From Fibrobacterota bacterium (GTDB lineage: Bacteria > Fibrobacterota > Fibrobacteria > UBA11236), in assembly GCA_028287505.1 (NCBI GenBank), contig JAQBPN010000084.1, positions 22,147-86,146 on the forward strand: a stretch of DNA of 64,000 nucleotides, given 5' to 3'. Both the position numbers and the translations under genes were made by a program. How positions within the stretch are numbered: the first letter of the stretch is position 1; every line of letters begins with the position of its first letter. Under the pieces are notes generated by a model that was not told the DNA's origin, made no database searches, and worked only from the letters and a program-made list of their open reading frames with translations. Shown here piece after piece: positions 18,171-27,880 of the stretch.

Positions 18171-19351
18171 GGCGCGCCCAGCAGGAGGGAAACGTTGGTC
18201 CCGCCGAATCCGAAGACGTTGCTGAGGGCGAAACGGAGGGGCCCCGGCGCCTTGCCTCCGGATCGCACCAGGTCCATGGGTTCGAGATCCGGATCCACCG
18301 CGCCGTCGTTCACTTGCGGGGGAAGGCATCCCTCCGGGTCCGCCAAAAGTGCCCAGCATATGCCCGCTTCCAGGGCTCCGGCCGCGCCCAGGGTATGCCC
18401 GGTCAGGGCCTTGGTGGAGGAACAGGCCACGCCGCCGGGAAACACCGCGCGCATGGCCCGGGATTCCATGACGTCGTTCTGGAGGGTCCCGGTACCATGC
18501 AGGTTTACGTAACCGACTTGATACGGTTCCACGCCCGCGTCCCTTAGGGCCGCCGCCATCGCATCCCGGGCGCCTTCGCCGCCGGGAAGGGGCGCGGAGA
18601 TGTTGTGCGCGTCCGAGGTTTCCCCTGCGCCCAGCAGGCGGACCGTTCCACGGTCGCGCCGCATGACGAAAAAGGCGGCCGCTTCCCCGATATTGATGCC
18701 CCTGCGATTGGGGCTGAAGGGAAGGCAGGGCTCCGGCGAAAGGGCCCCCAGGGCGGAGAAGCCGCGCAAGGTGAATTCGCACAGGGTGTCCACCCCGCCG
18801 ACCAGTACGGCATCGCAAACTCCCAGGCGGAGCAGACGGCGCCCCGAAGCCAGGGCCTTGGCGGAAGAAGAACAGGCGGTGGAAACCGTGAAGGCGGGCC
18901 CCTTGAGGCCCCAGGCCAGGGCCAGGAACTCCGCGGGCGATCCCAGTTCCATCTGCGCGTAGGCGAAAGAACGGGGCAGGGATCCGTTTTCCTTCGCCGA
19001 CAGGAATGCGGCTTCGGCTTCCGCCATGCCGGAAGTGGTGGTGCCCACCACCACGCCCACGCGGCCGGCTCCGAACGCGGCGACCGCCTGCAGCACCTCC
19101 GCTTCGATTTGCCGCGAGGTATACAGGGCCAGCCCGTTGTTGCGCGTCCTGTGCCCGATTGCGTATCCGTCCAAGGCGGGAAGCGCCGGTGATACCTCTC
19201 CCACGGTCTGGCGCTGCCCGGGAGTCCAGTGGTCGCGGGCGACCAGGCCGGGACTGACGCCCTTGCGCAGATTGGCCAGGATAGCCGGGGTCCCGTCTCC
19301 GGCGGCGCACGTCATTCCCGGCGCGCTGAGAAAAACGGCCTCTCGTTTCAC
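18167..19351 (-). CDS. Beta-ketoacyl synthase family protein (second KS, CLF-like partner)
   Basis: KAS fold with TACSSSAKAL Cys motif, HGTGT and GHTLGAAG. GTG start overlaps the upstream stop (GTGA). Confidence 0.7.
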   Translation of the reverse strand: MKREAVFLSAPGMTCAAGDGTPAILANLRKGVSPGLVARDHWTPGQRQTVGEVSPALPALDGYAIGHRTRNNGLALYTSRQIEAEVLQAVAAFGAGRVGVVVGTTTSGMAEAEAAFLSAKENGSLPRSFAYAQMELGSPAEFLALAWGLKGPAFTVSTACSSSAKALASGRRLLRLGVCDAVLVGGVDTLCEFTLRGFSALGALSPEPCLPFSPNRRGINIGEAAAFFVMRRDRGTVRLLGAGETSDAHNISAPLPGGEGARDAMAAALRDAGVEPYQVGYVNLHGTGTLQNDVMESRAMRAVFPGGVACSSTKALTGHTLGAAGALEAGICWALLADPEGCLPPQVNDGAVDPDLEPMDLVRSGGKAPGPLRFALSNVFGFGGTNVSLLLGAP

Positions 19352-19848
19352 TGCGAGTCCCGTTCCACCGTGGTCACGTGCACCTGGTAGCCTTCGGCCA
19401 GATGATCGACCAGGACGCCTTCCCCTGTTTCCCCGCCCTCGCCGGCTTCCGGTCTGACGGACACCCAAGGACGCCCCCGCCAGGATAGCTTCCGTTCCGG
19501 GCCCTTGAAATCCGCGCTCCATCCCGTCTTGGCGAACACGCGCGTCAGGGAGGACTCGGGCCAATTCACGAGGACGATATCGCGCAGGATGGCTTCCCCG
19601 TCGATGGCCACCGGCAGGTTGGGGTCGCTTTCCTGCGCCACTTTTCCGCCCGACCAGGTGATGAGCACCAGGCGTTGTCCCATGGGACTCAGGCCCGCCA
19701 GGGTGAATGTCTTCCCGTCGTTCTCGATCACGGCCATGAGTTCCAGCGACTTGCCCTGGCGCTCCAACCTCAGGGATTGCACCCGACGGCCGGGCATGGT
19801 TCCGGTTTCCAGGGGAGGCAAGTCCCAGGCGGTGGGACGAGGGTGCAT
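19348..19848 (-). CDS. Small DUF3261-like protein of APE clusters; true start may lie within the upstream 24-bp repeat tract
   Basis: 166-aa C-terminal part (MHPRPTAWDLPPLE...HVTTVERDSQ). The frame stays open upstream through the repeats, which encode a LLTTGCAL-type hydrophobic/lipobox-like peptide. Confidence 0.4.
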   Translation of the reverse strand: MHPRPTAWDLPPLETGTMPGRRVQSLRLERQGKSLELMAVIENDGKTFTLAGLSPMGQRLVLITWSGGKVAQESDPNLPVAIDGEAILRDIVLVNWPESSLTRVFAKTGWSADFKGPERKLSWRGRPWVSVRPEAGEGGETGEGVLVDHLAEGYQVHVTTVERDSQ

Positions 19849-19990
19849 GAGGGCGCAGCCCGTGGTGAGCAAAAGGGCGCAGCCCGTTGTCAAAAAGAAG
19901 GCGCAGCCCGTGGTGAGCAAAAGGGCGCGGCCCGTGGCAAGAAAAAGGGCGTAGCCCGTGGTCAATAAAATGGCGCAGCGCGTGGCTGCG
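19849..19990. repeat. In-frame 24-bp tandem repeat, ~6 copies (GGCGCAGCCCGTGGTGAGCAAAAG-like units)
   Basis: Consecutive units GGGCGCAGCCCGTGGTGAGCAAAA, GGGCGCAGCCCGTTGTCAAAAAGAAG, GCGCAGCCCGTGGTGAGCAAAAG, GGCGCGGCCCGTGGCAAGAAAAAG, GGCGTAGCCCGTGGTCAATAAAAT. They lie between the halogenase-like gene stop (19995) and the DUF3261-like gene. On the minus strand they encode L(T/A)TG(C/Y/R)A(L/F)(L/F) octapeptides. Confidence 0.6.
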
Positions 19991-19994
19991 GCCG

Positions 19995-21239
19995 TCAGGA
20001 ACCTGGTGCCGCGCAAAGTTCCTCCAGAACCTTCAGGCGGGACGGATCGGCGACATAGGGATTGGACCTGTCCCAGGCGTATCCGGCCAGGATGGAACAA
20101 ATCATCGCCTTCACTTCCGGCTGCTGCCCGGGAAAGAAAATGACGTCCTGGAATCCGCCCCGGTACCAGGAATCCACGAAGGCGCGGAATGCGTCCACGC
20201 CGCGGCGCAGAGGGATATCGTACTCGCCGGCCCAATCGACGGCGGCCCCGGAGAGGTGTCTTTCCACCAGGGGCGCGACCAGGCTGGCCGAACGCATGGC
20301 GATGGTCACACCCGAACTGAAAACCGGATCGAGGAACTCGCCGGCATTGCCGAGCAGGGCGAAGGAAGGCCCATGCAGGGAGGCGACGTTCGCGGCATAG
20401 CCCTTGAGGGATCGGGCCGGCGTATCCCAGACCGCGTTGCTGAGCATATCGTTGAGGGCGGGGGTTTCCGCCACGATGGCTTTGAGGAGGGCGGTATCGT
20501 CCGCTCCGGGATTTTTTTGCCGGACGTGCTCCAGCAGGCGCGGTTCCGCCACCACGCCGATGGAACAGCGGCCATTGGAGAACGGGATCAGCCAATACCA
20601 GATGGCCTTGTCATCCGGGTGCACGCTGACCAGGATCTTCTCGCGGTCCATGCCGCCATGGGGTATGCCGTCGCGGATATGCGTGAACAGGGCCATGCGC
20701 ACCGGGAATTCGGAAGGGGTTTCCAGCTTCAACAGCCGGGGCAGCAGGCGTCCGAAGCCGGTGGCGTCCAGAACGAAGCGGGCCTTTATTTCCAGGTCGC
20801 CGCCGGGATGCCTGATGGTCAAGCGCCCTCCCGTGCCGTCCATGGCCACCGCGGTCACTTCATGGCGATAGTGCACGGGAACGCCTTGGGCGGCCACGGC
20901 ATCGATGAGCACTTTGTCGAAATCGGCGCGCACCACCTGGAAGGTCGTGCTCCAACCCTTGCTGCTCTTGTCGCGGAAGTCGAAGACGGAGGAACGTTCG
21001 CCGCGGCGGAAGGCCGCGCCGTTCTTGTGCTGGAAGCCCGCTTCCACCACCGGGCGCAGCAATCCGGCTTCTTCCAGGATTTCCATGGTCTGGGGCAGCA
21101 GGCTCTCGCCGATGGAAAAACGCGGGAAGGTCTCCCGTTCGAAAACGGCGACCTTCAATCCCCGCTTATGCAGCAACGCCGCGGCCAGGCTCCCGGACGG
21201 GCCGGCGCCCAGTATCGCAACGTCCAGATCATGAGCCAT
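19995..21239 (-). CDS. FAD-dependent oxidoreductase / halogenase-like (tryptophan-halogenase fold)
   Basis: DVAILGAGPSGSLAA GxGxxG FAD motif; flavin-monooxygenase-like throughout. The start could alternatively be 21260 or 21272. Confidence 0.7.
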   Translation of the reverse strand: MAHDLDVAILGAGPSGSLAAALLHKRGLKVAVFERETFPRFSIGESLLPQTMEILEEAGLLRPVVEAGFQHKNGAAFRRGERSSVFDFRDKSSKGWSTTFQVVRADFDKVLIDAVAAQGVPVHYRHEVTAVAMDGTGGRLTIRHPGGDLEIKARFVLDATGFGRLLPRLLKLETPSEFPVRMALFTHIRDGIPHGGMDREKILVSVHPDDKAIWYWLIPFSNGRCSIGVVAEPRLLEHVRQKNPGADDTALLKAIVAETPALNDMLSNAVWDTPARSLKGYAANVASLHGPSFALLGNAGEFLDPVFSSGVTIAMRSASLVAPLVERHLSGAAVDWAGEYDIPLRRGVDAFRAFVDSWYRGGFQDVIFFPGQQPEVKAMICSILAGYAWDRSNPYVADPSRLKVLEELCAAPGS

Positions 21240-23604
21240 TCGCAAATCCTTCTTCTTCATTTGAAACCGCAAAGCAAGGCGCGGTCAACCAGGCGACGCC
21301 GAGTCCCACCGCCAGGACCAGTCCGAAGGCTTTCAAGGCCGGAGTGGTGCTGAACACCAACATGCCGAAAGCTAACATATTCGAGGCCGCGCCCATATTG
21401 ATGGCCACCAGGGCGGCCGCCCGCTGGCGCTGTCGCCTGCTTTCCTGGACGAAAATGCCGTAATCGATTCCCATCCCCAGGATCAGGGCCAGGGCCAGCA
21501 AAGCGAAAAGATTCACGGGGAGTCCGCTCCAACCCAGGCTTCCCAATCCGGCGCCCACGCCCAGCGCGGCCGGCGCCACGGCGCCCCAGGCCCGTTTCCG
21601 GAACAGGAGAATCAGGGCGGCCAGCACGATGCCGGATCCGATGCACAGCACCCAGACCAGATGGCGCCGCAGAAAAGCAAGAGTGTCCGAGACGTCCTGA
21701 ATCTGATCCACGAGCACGATGTCCGGGTCCGCGTTTTTGGCCAAGGCCCGCAAGGGCTCCATGCCCAGGCGCATGGCCGCGGGAACGGGAACCACGGTGG
21801 CGACGGCGCCGTCCCCGAGGCCGTCCGGCGGCCCGCGCCAGAGATACCGGAACGGCGCGGACACCGGATCCGCCAGCCATTGCGCCACGGTCACGGGACG
21901 CGAGTTTTTTTCCAGGTCCTTCCGCAAATCCGTTTCCAGCTCCGGAGCGCCCAGGTCCCGGGCCAAGCGCGCGCCGGTTCCGCCCGCGCCTTCGAAGGCC
22001 GATCGCAGCAAGGCCGAATCCCCGGCTTGGCGGGACCGGGAAGGCACGAAGGCGGAAACGCCCACCGCCGTCGACCCTGCGGAATCCGCCGCCGCCATCG
22101 CGGCCAGAAGTTTCTCCTCCCGTTCTAGGACCTGCTGCCCGTCCTTGCCGCGCACCAGGAAGAAGCGGCCGCCCCCCGGCATCCGCAGCACGGACATGAT
22201 CTTGTCCTGTTCTTGTTGCAAGCGCAGGTCATGGGCGTAGAGCAGGCGCACGTCATCGTCCACGCGCATGCGCAGGCAACCCCATAGGGAGAAGGCCAGC
22301 AGTCCCGTCAACGCCAGCCCGGTCGCATAGCCGCCATGCACCTTGGGCCATCTCCGTTCCATGGCTTCCGCCGCGCGGCGCACGCCGGCGCCCACCGGTT
22401 TCAGGCGCGTTCCCAGCCAGGGATACCAAAGCATCACCGTGGCCCAGGACGCGACCAGTCCGGCGATGGAGAACAGGCCGATCTGCCGCAGGCCGGGAAT
22501 GGGCACGAAGAACAGGGCCAGGTATCCCAGCACGGAGGTGAGCAATCCCAGGAAGATGCTGCGCTGCACGTCCAGGAGCCGCCGCCGGCCGTCCCAGGGC
22601 TTGTCCTCGTAGAGACCGGCGATGAACAACATGCCGTAATCCTCGGCTACGCCCACGATGGTGGACCCGAACACCATGGCGATGAGATGGACCTTGCCTC
22701 CGCCCGCCCATAGCAAAATGGCGGTAGCGGCCATGCACCCGATGACGACGGGAAGAAATCCGAGCAGGGTGGGCCAGATGCCGCGGAAGGCCAGCAGCAT
22801 CAACACGATCAGGAGCACGGCGGAAACGGTGCCGATGGAGGTCATCTCCTTGTGGGCCTGGCGCGCGGCGAGCAATTCGTGGAACACGAAGCCGGAGCGC
22901 AGGACCGTCGCGCCGGGAACGGCTTCCGCCGCCCGGCCCGCGCTGTCGAAGCGGGCGGACAGGAGGTTCTGGGCCTGCATGCCGCGCCCGCGGGGACCCA
23001 GGGTTCCCAATACGGCCACGGCGGTTTTCCCGTCCACCTCCGCGGTGAGATGCCCGTTCCGGAGGGTGAGGCCCGCGCTCGCCCCGCTGCGCGAGGACAG
23101 CCATCGGCCCCAGGTGCCGAAGGGATCCTTGCGGAACCCCAGACTGCCGGAAACGCCGGGCGGCAGGTACAGGGTGCGTTGCGCGGCGTCATATAGGCTG
23201 CCCGAGTCGCGTTCCAGGGCTTCGCGATCCTCCGCGGAAAGGAGCGCGTACCGGTGCGGCTCGTAGAAGTCCAGCATGCGGCCCACGCCGGTGGCCGGGA
23301 TTGCGCAGGCCACTTCCTGCATGCTTCCGGACGCGCGCAACCGCGCCGCATAGGCTTCGGCGGCCAGGACGGCTTTTTCCGGATCGGCATGCGCGACCAG
23401 GACCAGGAAGCGTCTTTCCAATTCCGAGCGGAGCGCCGCGCCGGCTTCGCGCACGGCGGGATCCTGGTTCCGCTCCGGAAGCAGGGCGAAGATGCTGCTT
23501 TCGATGGAGGCGGTGGGAAGCCGCCAGGCGAGATAGGCGCCGCAGGCGAGGATAAACAGGGCCCAGGCGAGGGCGAGCGCTTTTTTGATCACGGAACTAA
23601 TCAC
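21229..23604 (-). CDS. MMPL/RND-superfamily exporter
   Basis: 791 aa with two clusters of TM helices separated by large periplasmic loops; architecture typical of APE/flexirubin exporters. Confidence 0.75.
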   Translation of the reverse strand: MISSVIKKALALAWALFILACGAYLAWRLPTASIESSIFALLPERNQDPAVREAGAALRSELERRFLVLVAHADPEKAVLAAEAYAARLRASGSMQEVACAIPATGVGRMLDFYEPHRYALLSAEDREALERDSGSLYDAAQRTLYLPPGVSGSLGFRKDPFGTWGRWLSSRSGASAGLTLRNGHLTAEVDGKTAVAVLGTLGPRGRGMQAQNLLSARFDSAGRAAEAVPGATVLRSGFVFHELLAARQAHKEMTSIGTVSAVLLIVLMLLAFRGIWPTLLGFLPVVIGCMAATAILLWAGGGKVHLIAMVFGSTIVGVAEDYGMLFIAGLYEDKPWDGRRRLLDVQRSIFLGLLTSVLGYLALFFVPIPGLRQIGLFSIAGLVASWATVMLWYPWLGTRLKPVGAGVRRAAEAMERRWPKVHGGYATGLALTGLLAFSLWGCLRMRVDDDVRLLYAHDLRLQQEQDKIMSVLRMPGGGRFFLVRGKDGQQVLEREEKLLAAMAAADSAGSTAVGVSAFVPSRSRQAGDSALLRSAFEGAGGTGARLARDLGAPELETDLRKDLEKNSRPVTVAQWLADPVSAPFRYLWRGPPDGLGDGAVATVVPVPAAMRLGMEPLRALAKNADPDIVLVDQIQDVSDTLAFLRRHLVWVLCIGSGIVLAALILLFRKRAWGAVAPAALGVGAGLGSLGWSGLPVNLFALLALALILGMGIDYGIFVQESRRQRQRAAALVAINMGAASNMLAFGMLVFSTTPALKAFGLVLAVGLGVAWLTAPCFAVSNEEEGFANGS

Positions 23605-24235
23605 GGAATGCGTCGGCCTGCCAGGAACCCAGTTCCCCGGCGTTGTCCGCCACCCCGGCGAAATCGATGCGGGTCTTGTCGCCGTTGGTTTCGGAGTATT
23701 CCACGCGGTCGACGTGCTTGCTTCCCTGCAAGAGGATGGAGAGGATGACGCGGGCGACCACGGGATCCAACGGCTTCAGCTCCAGTGACCAGCCGCCCCC
23801 GCCGCCCACCTCGCTTTCTTTCGTAACGGAGAAAGCCTTGGCGAGGGATGCGGGATCCCCGGCCAGCACCTTCTGGATCATGTCCATGGCCGCGCCCAGG
23901 TTGCCTTGGTGGATGGGCTCGCGCTTGAGATCGGCGCCCGTCCGTTTCAGGGACCAGATTCCCTTCCGCGTGACGGCCACGGCGGCGGCAAACGGCTTCT
24001 GCGTGCGCCAGATGACCCCCTTGTCGCGCACGACCAGGAAATCGCCCGTGCTGATCAGGGGTTTCTTCAATCCTACGATGCGTTTTTCCTGGGTGAAGCG
24101 TCCGGACAGGATCGGCGGCGAGGCCAGGCGGTCCGCAAGCGGCGCTTTCGCGGCTTCGGCTCCCAGGCTCGGGTTGAAGTTCAGGATCAAACCCAGGCCC
24201 AGGCAAAGGGAACCCGCGAACGGAAGTGATTTCAT
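23597..24235 (-). CDS. LolA-like outer-membrane lipoprotein carrier protein
   Basis: Signal peptide MKSLPFAGSLCLGLGLILNF. Size and neighbourhood (MMPL partner) match LolA-like proteins of APE clusters. ATGA overlap with the thioesterase stop. Confidence 0.55.
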   Translation of the reverse strand: MKSLPFAGSLCLGLGLILNFNPSLGAEAAKAPLADRLASPPILSGRFTQEKRIVGLKKPLISTGDFLVVRDKGVIWRTQKPFAAAVAVTRKGIWSLKRTGADLKREPIHQGNLGAAMDMIQKVLAGDPASLAKAFSVTKESEVGGGGGWSLELKPLDPVVARVILSILLQGSKHVDRVEYSETNGDKTRIDFAGVADNAGELGSWQADAFRD

Positions 24236-24642
24236 TTCAGGGCGCTCCGTATTTTCGAGGCGAAAACCTCCGGGGTCTCGAACTGCAGTTCTCCCGTGCG
24301 CATGTCCACGGCCACCTGCACGCTGTCCGCCTTGGTGATCTTCTCGCCCGTGACCGCATCGTGGATCAGGAACTCCATGCGCACGCGGTTTTCCCATTCC
24401 ACCAGGGTGGCGGTAACGCGCAGGCGCTGGCCCAGACGCGCGGGCTGCACGTACCGGATATGCAGGTCCACCACCGGCCAGCTGAATCCGCTCGCCTCCA
24501 TGGCCGTATATCCGAAGCCCAGCTTTTCCAACAAGGCGTTGCGGCCTATCTCGAGGAAGCGCGCATAGTTTCCATGCCAGACCACCTTCATGGCGTCCAC
24601 GTCGAAGAACTCGACCAGGATATCCGCGCTGGCCGTGATCAT
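24232..24642 (-). CDS. 4HBT/YbgC-type hot-dog acyl-CoA/ACP thioesterase
   Basis: MITASADILVEFFDVDAMKVVWHGNYARF... matches the YbgC/4HBT N-terminus. 136 aa. Confidence 0.65.
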   Translation of the reverse strand: MITASADILVEFFDVDAMKVVWHGNYARFLEIGRNALLEKLGFGYTAMEASGFSWPVVDLHIRYVQPARLGQRLRVTATLVEWENRVRMEFLIHDAVTGEKITKADSVQVAVDMRTGELQFETPEVFASKIRSALK

Positions 24643-26198
24643 GGGCCTGCCTCCAAGTCTCCGCCCACCAGAGCCGGGTCCCGCGCGCGTAGTCCTTCCA
24701 GCAGGCTGCGCAGATCGTCTTCCAGGGACCGGTCCGCCTGGACCAGGGCGCTGCGCCCGCGCGTCCAGACCAAGGCGGCGCCCAAGGGACCGTGGAGATC
24801 CGCGGCGACGCGGCCCTGCTCGCGCATACGCAATTCCACTCCCTGGCAGGCGGCCAGCAGGCCGCAAGCCGCCACCTGTTCGGTCAATTCCAGGACGCGC
24901 CGGCAATCGCGGGCCGCGAGCGTGCCCAGGCTCACCTTGTCCTGGTTGTGGCTTTCCGTGGAACGGGAGAACACGCTGGCGGGCATGCACAGTTTCAGGG
25001 CTTCCGCCGTGCAGGCGGACGCGGTGATCTGCAGGGCCTTGAGCCCGTGGTCGGTGGCGGATTCCGCGCCCACGGCGCCGCTCAGGTTGGCGGGCAGGCC
25101 GGCGTTCATTTTCGGATCGACCAGCAGGGCGATCTGGCGATCGATGAGATCGGCCAGGTTGGCCACCGTAGTCTTCATCGAGTCCATCACGTGGCAGATA
25201 TGCCCGCCGTAGAAATGGCCGCCGTGGTAGACCACGCCGTTCTCGGCGTCCACTATCGGGTTGTCGTTGGAGCTGTTGAGTTCGGTTTCGATGAAGTCCC
25301 GGTACCAGGGCAGGCAGTCCTCCAGCACGCCGATCACGTGCGGGGCGCAGCGGATGGAATACCTGTCCTGAAGGCTCCCCCCCGGCGTAACCTGATCCCG
25401 TTGCGCCAGATCCCGGCGGATGCGCGCGGCCGCGGCCCCCATGCCCGTGAAAGGCTTGACCGCGAAAAGGCCTTCGGCGAAGTGGCCGGCGTTGCCGTCC
25501 AGGGCCACCAGGGTCAGGGCCGTCAGGCGGGAGCAGACCAGCGTCAGGTATTCCGCCCGGGCGAAGTTCAGGCAGGCGATGGCGGTCATGACGGCGGTGC
25601 CGTTCATCATCGCCAGGGCTTCTTTGGGCCGCAGGCTGTAAGGATGCAGTCCCGCGGTCCGCAGCGCCTCCGCCGCGGGTACCATATCGCCGTCCTTCCA
25701 CGCCCGGCGTTCGCCGCACAGCACGGCCGCCACGTAGGAAAGGGGAGTGAGATCGCCGCTGGCGCCCACGGAACCTTCTTCGGGAATGACGGGCAGGATG
25801 TCGTGCTGCAAAAGCGCCTGCAGCCCTTCCAGCAACGCGAAGCTCACGCCCGAATAGCCCCGGGCCAGGGAGATGAGGCGGGAAGCCAGGATGGCGCGCG
25901 TCTCTTCTTCGCAGAACGGCCGCCCCAGGCCCACTCCGTGGTAGCGGACCAGCTTGGCGGGCAGCAGGGAGGCGAGCAGCGGGGAAACCTGCACGGACAC
26001 GTTCTCGCCGTAGCCGGTGGTCACGCCGTAGACGGTCCCGTTCCGCTCGATGAGGGCGTCGATGAGATCGGCGCCTTTGTTGATGCGGACGCGGAAGCCT
26101 CCGCTCTCGCCCATCCGCGATGCGGCCTTCCTTTCGGCCAAGGCCACCACATCCTCAAGGCGCAACCTGCCGCCGTCGAAAACAACCGTCCGCTTCAT
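24639..26198 (-). CDS. Aromatic amino-acid ammonia-lyase (HAL/PAL/TAL family, MIO-forming)
   Basis: GASGDLTPLS carries the Ala-Ser-Gly MIO precursor triad. 519 aa. HAL/PAL-like throughout (GYGENVS, NSSNDNP). Confidence 0.8.
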   Translation of the reverse strand: MKRTVVFDGGRLRLEDVVALAERKAASRMGESGGFRVRINKGADLIDALIERNGTVYGVTTGYGENVSVQVSPLLASLLPAKLVRYHGVGLGRPFCEEETRAILASRLISLARGYSGVSFALLEGLQALLQHDILPVIPEEGSVGASGDLTPLSYVAAVLCGERRAWKDGDMVPAAEALRTAGLHPYSLRPKEALAMMNGTAVMTAIACLNFARAEYLTLVCSRLTALTLVALDGNAGHFAEGLFAVKPFTGMGAAAARIRRDLAQRDQVTPGGSLQDRYSIRCAPHVIGVLEDCLPWYRDFIETELNSSNDNPIVDAENGVVYHGGHFYGGHICHVMDSMKTTVANLADLIDRQIALLVDPKMNAGLPANLSGAVGAESATDHGLKALQITASACTAEALKLCMPASVFSRSTESHNQDKVSLGTLAARDCRRVLELTEQVAACGLLAACQGVELRMREQGRVAADLHGPLGAALVWTRGRSALVQADRSLEDDLRSLLEGLRARDPALVGGDLEAGP

Positions 26199-27136
26199 GG
26201 CTTACCAACTTCCGGGTCGCCCCAAAAACGATAGATGTTGCCCCAGAGCATGGGCGCCAAAGTGCAATAGTACGAAAGTCTGTCCGCATACCGGCCGGCC
26301 AGGGCCGCCAGGTCTTCGCGCCGCGTGGCGCGGTTCAAGGCGATCCGTTCCGAAAAGGCCTCGTAATGGATGTCATAGCGGCCGTTCCGGCCGATGCAGA
26401 AGAACAGGAATACCGGGCATTCCAGCACCGAAGCCAGCACGTAGGGCCCGATGGGCAAAGGCGCCGGATGCGCCAGGAACGGCGCCCAGGCGATCCCTTT
26501 GCCGTCCAGGGGAACCCGGTCCCCGGCGATCAGGACCACCTCTCCCGCATCGATCTTGTCCTTCAACAGCATGGCGGTGGCGGGGGAAATGTCGCTCACC
26601 TGGAACAGGGACATCTGGCTCATGGGATTGATCCGGCTCATCAGGGCGATGAAACGCGGATTGTGCTTGGTGTGCACCAGCACGTTCACGTGGACCTTCC
26701 GCTCGCTCAGGGCCAGGTGGCGCGCCACTTCCATGTTCCCCAGGTGGGAACCGATCAGCAATATACCCTTGCCCCGTTCGAGCGCGCGCACCACCGCCTC
26801 GCGGCCGTGGCGGGCGAAGCGGGGAGGAGCGCTTTGGGGATCCCAGGCCAGGACCCTTTCCAGCACGCCCTCTCCGGAAACCAGCAGATGCCTGAAGACG
26901 GAAAAGTAGGAAGGCCTTCCTTTCGATCCCCGGAACGCGTAGAGGCGCTCCAGATACTGGCGGGACGCGTCCCGCTTGGATTTGCGAGTGAGGAAGAAAT
27001 AGAGCACCACCGGAACCAACGCGATGCGGAAAGGCCAGCGGCCCAGGCTGCGGCTGACCTCGAACAGAAAGCGCAGGCCCCAGGCGGAACCCAATTCCGC
27101 CGTGCCGGCCCAATGATCCTCGGCTACCGGTCTCAT
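26195..27136 (-). CDS. LpxL/HtrB-type lysophospholipid (lipid A-like) acyltransferase
   Basis: Internal Met start gives a ~313-aa LPLAT-family protein. 4-bp overlaps at both ends. Confidence 0.6.
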   Translation of the reverse strand: MRPVAEDHWAGTAELGSAWGLRFLFEVSRSLGRWPFRIALVPVVLYFFLTRKSKRDASRQYLERLYAFRGSKGRPSYFSVFRHLLVSGEGVLERVLAWDPQSAPPRFARHGREAVVRALERGKGILLIGSHLGNMEVARHLALSERKVHVNVLVHTKHNPRFIALMSRINPMSQMSLFQVSDISPATAMLLKDKIDAGEVVLIAGDRVPLDGKGIAWAPFLAHPAPLPIGPYVLASVLECPVFLFFCIGRNGRYDIHYEAFSERIALNRATRREDLAALAGRYADRLSYYCTLAPMLWGNIYRFWGDPEVGKP

Positions 27137-27870
27137 GCGATGGCCTTGCGCAGAAGCGGGACAAAGCGCGCCAGCATCCCGAAGAACAGCCGGGTATGCA
27201 TCCAGGATATGAGGGTATTGTCCAGCCCCAGGCGGAAATGGGACACGCCGCCTTCCGGATAGTTCACGGCCACGGGCAGAAAGCGCAAGGCGAGCCCGGC
27301 CCACTTGAGACGCACCAGCACCTCCGGATCGAAGTCCATGCGGTTTCCGGTCCGGCCCGCGTCGAGCACCCGCAGGGTGGCGGCCAGGGGATAGACCCGC
27401 AAGCCGCACATCCCATCGGGAATGGCCCTGGAAAGGGTGTTCACCTTGACCCAGAAATTGGTCAGCCGCCTTCCGTACAGGCGGGAGGATGGAACGCTGG
27501 CGTCGAACACCGGCCGGCCGCAGATGACGGCGTCCGGTTCCTTTTCGGCCGCGGCCAGGAGTTCCGGCAAGGCCCGCAAATCGTGTTGTCCGTCCGCGTC
27601 CACCTGGAGCGCATGGGTGAATCCCAGCTTCGCGGCCAGCCGCAATCCGGCCTTCACGGCCGCGCCCTTGCCGCCGTTCCTGTCCAGGCGCGCCAGGGTA
27701 ACCTGGGTGTTATGCGCGGCGGCCAGGCTTTCCAGGGCCCTTCGGCACGCCTCGCCGGAGCCGTCGTCCACCACCACGCAGGGAATCCCGTTGGGGCGCA
27801 GTCCCGCCAACACTTTTTGCAACGGGCCCGCGTGCTCATAGACCGGAATGACGATGCAGGGGCGGAACAT
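27133..27870 (-). CDS. Family-2 glycosyltransferase
   Basis: CIVIPVYEHAGPLQKVL...VVVDDGSGE matches the GT2 N-terminal DxD region. Confidence 0.7.
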   Translation of the reverse strand: MFRPCIVIPVYEHAGPLQKVLAGLRPNGIPCVVVDDGSGEACRRALESLAAAHNTQVTLARLDRNGGKGAAVKAGLRLAAKLGFTHALQVDADGQHDLRALPELLAAAEKEPDAVICGRPVFDASVPSSRLYGRRLTNFWVKVNTLSRAIPDGMCGLRVYPLAATLRVLDAGRTGNRMDFDPEVLVRLKWAGLALRFLPVAVNYPEGGVSHFRLGLDNTLISWMHTRLFFGMLARFVPLLRKAIA

Positions 27871-27880
27871 CAGGAGGCCG

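Noticed and set aside
19348-20595. Full 415-aa table ORF for the DUF3261-like gene.
   Set aside because: Its N-terminal 250 aa overlap the halogenase-like gene in another frame and read through the tandem repeat. Only the C-terminal ~166 aa (plus possibly the repeat-encoded leader) is credible.
24232-25719. 495-aa ORF in table (24232..25719-) and 24792..26234+ (480 aa).
   Set aside because: Only the last 136 aa (thioesterase) are real; the remainder is an out-of-frame overlap with, or antisense of, the ammonia-lyase gene.
26373-27164. 263-aa and 380-aa ORFs overlapping the acyltransferase region (26373..27164-, 26120..27262+).
   Set aside because: Alternate-frame or antisense; composition-biased.
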